61,457 nucleotides of DNA from Candidatus Thalassarchaeum sp. Its GTDB lineage: Archaea; Thermoplasmatota; Poseidoniia; Poseidoniales; Thalassarchaeaceae. The notes under the pieces were generated by a model. It did no database searches, was not told the origin of the DNA, and was given only the letters and a program-made list of their open reading frames with translations. The position numbers were made by a program, and so were the translations under genes. The stretch's first letter is position 1. Each line of letters starts with the position of its first letter. The stretch spans positions 49,584 to 111,040 of the forward strand of contig JAKUOA010000008.1 of assembly GCA_022451235.1 (NCBI GenBank), in the 5' to 3' direction. This document shows, in pieces, positions 28,463 through 36,135 of this stretch.

Positions 28463-30355
28463 TTATGACTCTCCTACCTCTGCTAAGAACTCAGAGCGGC
28501 AGGCCGGACATCTAGCCTTCACTGGGCGTCTTTCAATTGGAACTTTTAGCGGCTGATCGCAACTTGGACAGGATAACAAATCAATCATTGAACGGGCAAC
28601 AATCTCCTGTGAAGTTTTAGGTTGTGGTGAATCTGTTTTTGGCTGATTAATATCCTCTTCTATAATTGAACCATCATCTTCAGAGTCTATCGCTTCCACC
28701 ATAAATCTGGCTGTACAAGCTGGACATTTTACCGCACCAGAGTGGGATTTTGGGATATTCAAACGTTGGTCACATTCCGGACAAGGTATCTCACGTTTTT
28801 CAACAGCAGCTGCCTTTTTCTTCTCTCCTCTAGCTTTTCTTAATCGATTAAACCTCGATTTTCCCGTGTCCTCTACGCTTTCTGAGACGGTTCGGTATAA
28901 GACTAAAATGAACATTACAAGGACTAATCCCGTTACGGTTCCATAAATTGCAGCGAGTAAATCGAATGGTAATTCTGCCTCCGTATCGGTGTCTGTATAA
29001 GTTTCTATTTCTAGGAGAATGCTTTCTGTAAGTCCACTAGTTAGCCAAATGATCTCAACATCGACCACCTTTGAATTGGGCCACTGTTCAATAGTAAATT
29101 CACCACTAAATGTATTTTCAGGCTCAACTGAATTTGTTGATATTGTGTCAAGTATCATCCGATCTGAGTTTCGTACTATCCTTACCTCTCCTGGTAATGT
29201 AGGGGTGTTTCCATTATTGATTAGAGAAAAGGGTATTTTGACAGATTCACCTACCTGTGGAGCAGTACTAACACCTTCGGAAGAAACCTCGAGATCTAGC
29301 ACTGGAGGAATTAAGTTAGTTTGAATTTCTATTTCTTCTGCTGCAGTCCAAGTAACTGAATTAACCCGGATTATTAGTGAGTCTGCGGAGGGATTACCGA
29401 GAGCCAGATTTAGTTCCCTTCTACCTGGATCCATGGTGAATTCGAAATTTTGCAAATTAGTTTCAATGGTTTGATAGATTATTGCAACTTCAATTTCCAC
29501 CTCTCTAGAACGACCATCACTAAGGTAAATGGAAATTCCTGAATTAAGGCCATCGACGAGATTCCATTCCAAAGAATCAACCACTATTTGGGTTGATTGT
29601 GGCTCTAAAACTTCAATTATAGTGCTTCCATTAAGTTCTCTTGCAACCCCTCCATTACTTGAGTGAACCTTCCAATCTAGATTTATCGAACCAGATGATG
29701 AAGGCGTAAACGAGGCGGAAACCTCTCTACTAGAACCTGGATAAATCAATATGGGTTGACCTTGAATAGTGTCTAAGTCATTTGGCATTAATTCCAAACT
29801 TACGTATTCAGGGTTTTGGCCCTGATTGTGGACTAAAATAGAGGCGGACAGTGAATCTCCCACATGGGCTGGTTCGCCAATTAGTGCTATTTCGGAAGAA
29901 CCTGCGGCTGTAAGATTCAATGGATTTGGCTCTACTAGTAACGTTAGCCTTTCACTCTGACCTGTAGAATCAATTCCAAAAATCAGATCAATTACCCCTT
30001 CCGACAGTGGACCGAATGAGATATTTACGATTACTGTCAGCTCGGAACCCTCAAGGAATCCGGTTAGTTCGGGGGTAGTTTGCCCGTCTAATTCCATCAC
30101 AAACCACCACTCATCGTGACCTGCAGTAGTGTCACTATTCGAGACCTCGATGGATAATTGGATTTGATCGCCTGCAAAAGCTGATGAATTATCCGAGGGT
30201 TGGGAGTTTGAACCATCGATTATTCTGGTTTCCCAATCGGCGGAATTTTCTATGGTGAATCTGTCCTGAGCGCTCGCATTTATCGAAATCAGGGTCACAA
30301 ATACCATGGCGGCTGTTATCGCTAGCAGGTTGCGACGACGAACCCCAGTCATCAT
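28463..30355 (-). CDS. Surface protein: signal peptide, repeated CARDB/Ig-like domains, one TM helix, cytoplasmic tail with two CxxC...CxxC zinc ribbons
   Basis: MMTGVRRRNLLAITAAMVFVTLISINASA signal. Repeated beta-rich segments. TM GTVTGLVLVMFILVLY. Tail motifs CPECDQRLNIP...CPACTARF and CPSCDQPLKVP...CPACRSEF (MJ0042-type). Confidence 0.6.
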   Translation of the reverse strand: MMTGVRRRNLLAITAAMVFVTLISINASAQDRFTIENSADWETRIIDGSNSQPSDNSSAFAGDQIQLSIEVSNSDTTAGHDEWWFVMELDGQTTPELTGFLEGSELTVIVNISFGPLSEGVIDLIFGIDSTGQSERLTLLVEPNPLNLTAAGSSEIALIGEPAHVGDSLSASILVHNQGQNPEYVSLELMPNDLDTIQGQPILIYPGSSREVSASFTPSSSGSINLDWKVHSSNGGVARELNGSTIIEVLEPQSTQIVVDSLEWNLVDGLNSGISIYLSDGRSREVEIEVAIIYQTIETNLQNFEFTMDPGRRELNLALGNPSADSLIIRVNSVTWTAAEEIEIQTNLIPPVLDLEVSSEGVSTAPQVGESVKIPFSLINNGNTPTLPGEVRIVRNSDRMILDTISTNSVEPENTFSGEFTIEQWPNSKVVDVEIIWLTSGLTESILLEIETYTDTDTEAELPFDLLAAIYGTVTGLVLVMFILVLYRTVSESVEDTGKSRFNRLRKARGEKKKAAAVEKREIPCPECDQRLNIPKSHSGAVKCPACTARFMVEAIDSEDDGSIIEEDINQPKTDSPQPKTSQEIVARSMIDLLSCPSCDQPLKVPIERRPVKARCPACRSEFLAEVGES

Positions 30356-30403
30356 TGGCTAATCGTCGGAGCAAGTCAGCGTATCAAGGGAACCCCAATC
30401 CAA

Positions 30404-30427
30404 GGTCACGTAGTGACCTTTATGATA
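30404..30427 (+). promoter_or_regulatory. Perfect palindrome GGTCAC-GTA-GTGACC abutting a TATA-like TTTATGATA, 25-33 nt upstream of ATG 30452
   Basis: Read directly. Lies in the 96-nt divergent spacer between the surface-protein/DtxR operon and the three tandem coiled-coil genes. Confidence 0.4.
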
Positions 30428-30451
30428 GGCTCTAATTTCGGCCGTTTGCAT

Positions 30452-31318
30452 ATGGAGTCTGATGCTCTGCTAGCAGTCACGCCGAATCAAATGGCGCAGG
30501 CTTTATTGGATCGCAGGATTCTTTTGAAGGAACAGTTACCTACTGTAATTCGAACACTTGAGGCCGAAGAACAGAATCTTTCACCCAAAGTTGCTCGTAT
30601 TGTAGATAATCACAAACAAGCCAATGAGGTAGTGGCGAAGTTGAAAGAAGAACGTGACCACGCTCAAATCGAAGCAAGAAATCTAATTCCGAAGGTTAAG
30701 CAGCATCGAAATGTCTTGGTAGATTCTGGCGGTATGGTCAATTTAGACCCCGATTGGAAAAAAGAAAAATTATTAGAAGAATTGTATGAAATTGAAGAAA
30801 ATATCCAAACTTCTGCATTAGACCATAAAGCCGAAAAAAAGATGATTGAACGCAGAAAGAAGTTAATTGAGCAAAACGAAAAATGGCTTAAAGAAAGAAG
30901 GGATTCAAATCCAGAAATGGCTGAATATATCGATTCACGAAGAGAGATGTCTCACCAATTCATGGTTGCTAACAAGGCTCATAGAACTATGATGAAAGCT
31001 GTCGAAAAGGCACAGCCACTGCATGATAAGAAAGTAGCAATACAGGCGGAAATTCGAGAAGTTAGGAGACAATTGGATAGAGCAAAGGAATTACTTTCTC
31101 AGTCAGATCATGCAATAGAACATTGGCAACGCCGATTAAATGACGGATATAGTGAGTTAGGAGTTGGTTTTCCTGACCTACTCAGTGACATGAATCAAGT
31201 TCAAAATGGAGGCGATTCCAGTTTTGCTAGAAAAAACAAGAAAAACAAACATACTCCTTCAAACAATAAACAAGACCGACGTGTCAAAACCTCCGATTCC
31301 AGAGGTGAAGAAGAATGA
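30452..31318 (+). CDS. Coiled-coil protein, paralogue 2 (COG1340-like)
   Basis: The track ORF starts at a GTG at 30413; the ATG at 30452 (MESDALL) is more likely. Contains LLEELYEIEENIQTSALDHKAEKKMIERRKKL, a family-like central motif. Basic tail. Confidence 0.6.
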   Translation: MESDALLAVTPNQMAQALLDRRILLKEQLPTVIRTLEAEEQNLSPKVARIVDNHKQANEVVAKLKEERDHAQIEARNLIPKVKQHRNVLVDSGGMVNLDPDWKKEKLLEELYEIEENIQTSALDHKAEKKMIERRKKLIEQNEKWLKERRDSNPEMAEYIDSRREMSHQFMVANKAHRTMMKAVEKAQPLHDKKVAIQAEIREVRRQLDRAKELLSQSDHAIEHWQRRLNDGYSELGVGFPDLLSDMNQVQNGGDSSFARKNKKNKHTPSNNKQDRRVKTSDSRGEEE

Positions 31319-32280
31319 GCGATGGGCTATTCGATGACCTTGAGGAACTTCCTCATGAAGAAATCGAGGATAAGGCCAAACAGTTAGATCGCGATTTACG
31401 CTCATTAGATGATGAATTTCATTCCCTGCGCCAAGATCGACGATCTCAGGTAGATATTGTAAAATCACTGAGGGGGGCTGTCGGCGGAATTGAAGAGGCG
31501 AATAGTGAGAGGCGAAGTCTGTTGCGTGAATTTCATGAAATAAAGAAAAAGGCTGACAAGGAAAGAAAATTACGAGACAGAGTCAACCTATCAATCCCAC
31601 CTCCTGCTTCAGTCTTAGAAGAATGGATGACCGACACACACTCTAGATTAACCACCATAGACAACGACCTCACTGCAGTTCCTACTCTAAATAGGGAATT
31701 GGACTCATTTAGAAGATTCTTCGAATTACAAGCCGCGGTAGTTCGGAAGCGAGAAGCTGAAGACGCACATTCTAGATACGTAGGTCAAATTGAGGAGTTA
31801 AGAAAAGTAACCTCTAAATTAGACGCGACGAAAAAGGTCAGCAAGGAAGTCGCAGATTCTGCCACTTCAGTTATTGATGTAGATTCAGATAAAATAACAC
31901 GTAGTGAAATCAGGAAAATGAGCAAGAGAATTAGCGGCATAGATAAGCGATTAGATGAGATTAAATCACAACGAAAGAAATTGCGAAGAGAAGCAGGAAG
32001 AGTCAGGTCATATCTGAAGATCACCTCAGCAAGAGGAAAGAAAATTAGACTAATTGATGTAAAACAGAGAGCCAGTACAGGAGGCTCACTAAATGCCAAT
32101 GAATTATCTGCATTACTAGATTCTGGCAGTTTAACAGGTATCTCCGGTGAAGTACCCAAATCAGAGGCTGCGAAATCTCAAGCCCCAAGACGCGATAAAT
32201 CAGGGAAGAAGGGGAGGCGTAGACTAGGAGTAACTAGAGGCGGGCCGAGGAAGGGTAATTCCGCAACCCGCCGAGAATGA
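31315..32280 (+). CDS. Coiled-coil protein, paralogue 3 (COG1340-like), basic C-terminal tail
   Basis: ATGA overlap with paralogue 2. Ends in GKKGRRRLGVTRGGPRKGNSATRRE. Confidence 0.6.
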   Translation: MSDGLFDDLEELPHEEIEDKAKQLDRDLRSLDDEFHSLRQDRRSQVDIVKSLRGAVGGIEEANSERRSLLREFHEIKKKADKERKLRDRVNLSIPPPASVLEEWMTDTHSRLTTIDNDLTAVPTLNRELDSFRRFFELQAAVVRKREAEDAHSRYVGQIEELRKVTSKLDATKKVSKEVADSATSVIDVDSDKITRSEIRKMSKRISGIDKRLDEIKSQRKKLRREAGRVRSYLKITSARGKKIRLIDVKQRASTGGSLNANELSALLDSGSLTGISGEVPKSEAAKSQAPRRDKSGKKGRRRLGVTRGGPRKGNSATRRE

Positions 32281-32286
32281 GAAAAA

Positions 32287-33228
32287 TTGACTTCAAATGA
32301 CCTTATATGGAAAACTAAGGACGTTGTTTCGCAGGGGCACGATTATATGAGGATGGAAAGCGAGGAAATTCGCGATATTCTTCAACCACTCTGTGAAGAT
32401 ATTCAGGAGCAGATTTCCTATAATCGTGAAGAACGCGACCAATGGAATTCGAAAGTTCGTAAATTACTCGACCAACGTAATGAATTAAATCGCCAAGTAA
32501 AGGAATTAATTTCTGAGGTACAGGGTCAAAAAGCTCTACGAGATGATGCAAATAAAACCGTCAGAGAATTAAAAGAAATCAGGGCTGACAAGACCGAGAC
32601 ACTGAGAGAAATTAGGACTAATTTTAGGGAGAAAATTGCCGAAAATAGTTCTCGAGATGAAGAGAAAGATACACGTGATAGGACTCGCTCCCCTGGTAGG
32701 ATTAGAGCAGAAATTGATCTTTTGGAAAAACAGTACAATGAAGGGCGGTTCCTTGGTAAGAAGGAACGTGATTTTGTGGCTAAAATGAAAAAGTTACATC
32801 AAGAACTAAGAGATGCTAAGGAAAAGAAATCCGATGGCGGAGTTAGGGAATTAAAGATTCAACTTAGGGATGCTGAAAGGAAACAAGAAGACGCTCACAA
32901 GAAGGTCAAGCGTGCGGTTATAGGTGCTCAAGAAGCACATGACTTGATGGCCGAATTATCTGAAGAAGTTGACAGATTAAGAGAGAAAGCTAATTCTGCT
33001 CAATCAGGGGTAACTCGAGCAAAAAGGGAAGCCGACTCACTTCATGGAAGATACATTGTATCATTGAGATGTATACATTCCATGCAAGATTTGCTAAAGT
33101 CATTGAACTCTAGAGAGGGAGATACTACAGATGATGATGAGCAAGTAGAAGTCGCTGACCTGATGACAAGGCTGATGTCTGGTGACACATTATCTACTGA
33201 CGAAATCATGGCACTCCAGAGGAATTGA
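32287..33228 (+). CDS. Coiled-coil protein, paralogue 4 (COG1340-like)
   Basis: TTG start in the track, with an alternative ATG at 32347. Charged heptad-like sequence throughout. The 3' end overlaps the convergent gene by 23 nt. Confidence 0.55.
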   Translation: MTSNDLIWKTKDVVSQGHDYMRMESEEIRDILQPLCEDIQEQISYNREERDQWNSKVRKLLDQRNELNRQVKELISEVQGQKALRDDANKTVRELKEIRADKTETLREIRTNFREKIAENSSRDEEKDTRDRTRSPGRIRAEIDLLEKQYNEGRFLGKKERDFVAKMKKLHQELRDAKEKKSDGGVRELKIQLRDAERKQEDAHKKVKRAVIGAQEAHDLMAELSEEVDRLREKANSAQSGVTRAKREADSLHGRYIVSLRCIHSMQDLLKSLNSREGDTTDDDEQVEVADLMTRLMSGDTLSTDEIMALQRN

Positions 33229-34213
33229 GTTCGTAAGTTCTTCCATTTCTAGAATGAAGTAACTCAATCCCGCCTTCATGGTCGATTAGCCAGCCGGGAA
33301 TGGCGGATGGGATTTCTTCCAGTATAGCCCCCTCTGAATCAAATGTCCATCTTTCTAGCATAGTGCTTCTAACCGAACTTCCTTCTACGGAATCTCCTTG
33401 TTTTTGCCTTCTAGTCTCCAAAACCCCTACCAACATGACTCTCAAATCACCATCGCTCAACCATTTATTTTCTGCGGCATTTATTATCCGAAGACTTGGA
33501 GGGTTGTGGAGAATTTGTTCTGAATCGTAGGGCTGTAAACGATCGGCCCAAGGATCTTCCAATACGCTCCAATTACCTTCTTCCCTATCTCCTTCCGGAC
33601 TGACTAAGGCACCAGTGATGTTCCAAATACGAGCTTGGAGTAGAATTGGCTTAGCATCGACATATTCTATACCTCTCTGTATACACCATTCATCTAAGTC
33701 AACTATAGCGGGTAAAATAACTAATTTGTTCGGTTTTGGAATGGATGAATTTTCCTCGATTGAGGGTTTATCGACTTCTATTTGTGGAATTTTTGCGACT
33801 ATATCTCCACGTAAAATCGCTTCTCCAATCCAACGACTTAAGACATCTGGGCTCCAAAATTCAATTTTCAAATTTGAAGATAATAACTCTCTAGCCTGTT
33901 CCTCAAATTCTCTCTCACTCAATATCCAATGTGCACCATTAGGAGCATCTACAATCCATCTTTCAGCCTCTGCAACACTTACTGGAAGAATTGCTCTAGG
34001 CACATGCCAAACGTGCACAAAAGACCCAGTATTATCTTCTAATTCAGGGATTTTTTCCGCCACACCCAGACATCGAAAACCCACTATTTCTACTACGTTA
34101 ACAGCCTGTGTCAACCTAACACCACGAAGATAGAGTAAATCCCCGACAGTATCATCCATGACTCCTGGTAGTTGTATATACCTTGAAGGGAATCCCTTCA
34201 ATGTATGAATCAA
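33206..34213 (-). CDS. Hypothetical protein (335 aa), last gene of the RNAP-L30e transcription unit
   Basis: Long ORF 31 nt downstream of rpl30e on the same strand. I recognise no motif. Confidence 0.5.
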   Translation of the reverse strand: MIHTLKGFPSRYIQLPGVMDDTVGDLLYLRGVRLTQAVNVVEIVGFRCLGVAEKIPELEDNTGSFVHVWHVPRAILPVSVAEAERWIVDAPNGAHWILSEREFEEQARELLSSNLKIEFWSPDVLSRWIGEAILRGDIVAKIPQIEVDKPSIEENSSIPKPNKLVILPAIVDLDEWCIQRGIEYVDAKPILLQARIWNITGALVSPEGDREEGNWSVLEDPWADRLQPYDSEQILHNPPSLRIINAAENKWLSDGDLRVMLVGVLETRRQKQGDSVEGSSVRSTMLERWTFDSEGAILEEIPSAIPGWLIDHEGGIELLHSRNGRTYELNSSGVP

Positions 34214-34244
34214 TAGCCAAATTGATGGTTATTTTCAATCGCCA

Positions 34245-34541
34245 TCATAGATTTGTACTGAGTGTTAGAAGTTCTGATTGACCAGGATCTATGACACATA
34301 ATGCACTGACAGGGAAGGGTTTGGCGCAAGCAGCACCTAACTGTCTGTTAACCAACATAACTTGATGAATCGGAATATCGGGATGGCTTGTTGTCAAACT
34401 GGAAATGTAATCCTCTGGGCAGTTTGCGGCTACCAATACCAATCTAGCGTCCCCTTTATTGCAGGCACTTATTGTTTGGCGCTGACCGAATAGTACATTT
34501 CCTGTGCTAATTCCTTGTTTCAATTGTCTTGCTAGATCCAT
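34245..34541 (-). CDS. rpl30e: Ribosomal protein eL30 (L30e)
   Basis: 98 aa. The ARLVLVAANCPEDY core and the position directly after rpoA2 are both typical. Confidence 0.85.
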   Translation of the reverse strand: MDLARQLKQGISTGNVLFGQRQTISACNKGDARLVLVAANCPEDYISSLTTSHPDIPIHQVMLVNRQLGAACAKPFPVSALCVIDPGQSELLTLSTNL

Positions 34542-34554
34542 TAAAATTCCTCCA

Positions 34555-36135
34555 TCAAGCTTCTACCTCTTCTGGTATGTAGTACAATTCAACACTACCT
34601 GTACCCAAGGCCACTGGTTGACCAACAATGATATTCTCTGTAACACCACGAAGATGGTCTCTTTCCCCAATAATACCCGCTCGTAACAGGTGGTTTACGG
34701 ATACCTCGAAGGCGGACCTCGCTAGGATGCTATGCTTGGTTCCACTAACACCATGACGTCCGATTGCTCTAACTGCTCCTTCACTTGTCATTACATCGGC
34801 CACAGTGATTAAGTGTCTAGTGTCGACATCCAGACCTGCTCCCTCAAGAGTATCTTTCATCTCATTAACGATAGCTTGTCTTGCAGCTTCTACTCCCAGA
34901 TATCCATATATTTCATTGATATTATTTGTGTAGGTTCGGCCTCGGTCTACACCATCAAACAAACTGACCTTGGCTAAGTTTGAACCAATAGTAGCGATGT
35001 AATACTCACCAGTATCCTTGTTTGGACCTTGAACATTTGCTCTGACAATATCAGGCAGACCCTTTAGCCTGAGTTTCTTGACCTTGTCTTCTAATTGTAA
35101 TAGAGCGGTGTAGGTTGGTGGATCATTGGCTAATGTGGCTAAATCATCTTCTTTTGTCACACCAGGGATTACTTTCAGAACCTTAGGCTTGTCTTCATTA
35201 TCTGCCTGAATGTAAAGTCGAAGTGCTTTCTGTAACTTATCTCTGACCTCTGCACCAGACATTTTCTTCAAGCGTAGGTTAGAGGTATTCAGCTCAAGAT
35301 TAAGATGCCTTTGGGCAACATCGACATCGATAGAAGCAATATCGCGAGTCGTTGTTGTTTCTATTGCGGCGGCAATCGCCTGAACTTTCTTCTCATTGGT
35401 ACGAAGTGGTTTCTTTTTCGAGTCATTCTCATTTAGGTAAACTAGCATTGTAGGGGTTTTAGGCACCTTTCTTGCATCTACTATCTCTATAACACGAGGA
35501 AGACCTTGTGTGACGTTTACCGTAGCGACACCAGCATAGTGGAAGGTACGCATAGTCATTTGAGTACCTGGTTCACCGATCGATTGAGCGGTGGTAATTC
35601 CAACTGCCTCGTGTGGGTCAACACGTGACATTTTCATTTCCGAAGAGGCACTAGTTACTACCTTACGAGCCTCGGATGCGGTCAGTTTCTTCTTACCCCT
35701 AGAGAGTAAGCCGTTGACAAGATCGTTGATTGTTTTAGGTGTAATTCGGATGTTTTCCTTTTCCGCTGCATCTGAAAGGCTAGAGAACATCGGATTCTCA
35801 ATATCCAAATCACGATGAATTTGACGCATCTTGTCTTCCGAGTCGTATTCTTGCAATGGAAGAACACTCTTCTTTCTGCGTCGCGTAGCAACACGACGTC
35901 GGATCAATGTCTTCTCCGTCGCTTGCACCTTCTGAGCGGCCTTTGTAGAGCCTTGAATTACCTCAGAAATTTTCTGTGCCATACCAGAATCGGTAGCACA
36001 AATTTGTGCAATCTCTCCAGCCGCCAATACCTTAACATCGTCCCATTTGCGATCATCGGCAAGACGGTGCGCATATTCCTCGGCGATTCCGAGATCCATG
36101 AGTTTCTTCTTGGTCGCACTCTTGACTACCATCAC
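34555..36135 (-). CDS. rpoA2: DNA-directed RNA polymerase subunit A'' with an N-terminal extension of about 120 aa
   Basis: [21 protein letters not shown] and downstream A'' motifs. That motif begins near residue 183, so the N-terminal extension is long. Confidence 0.9.
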   Translation of the reverse strand: MMVVKSATKKKLMDLGIAEEYAHRLADDRKWDDVKVLAAGEIAQICATDSGMAQKISEVIQGSTKAAQKVQATEKTLIRRRVATRRRKKSVLPLQEYDSEDKMRQIHRDLDIENPMFSSLSDAAEKENIRITPKTINDLVNGLLSRGKKKLTASEARKVVTSASSEMKMSRVDPHEAVGITTAQSIGEPGTQMTMRTFHYAGVATVNVTQGLPRVIEIVDARKVPKTPTMLVYLNENDSKKKPLRTNEKKVQAIAAAIETTTTRDIASIDVDVAQRHLNLELNTSNLRLKKMSGAEVRDKLQKALRLYIQADNEDKPKVLKVIPGVTKEDDLATLANDPPTYTALLQLEDKVKKLRLKGLPDIVRANVQGPNKDTGEYYIATIGSNLAKVSLFDGVDRGRTYTNNINEIYGYLGVEAARQAIVNEMKDTLEGAGLDVDTRHLITVADVMTSEGAVRAIGRHGVSGTKHSILARSAFEVSVNHLLRAGIIGERDHLRGVTENIIVGQPVALGTGSVELYYIPEEVEA

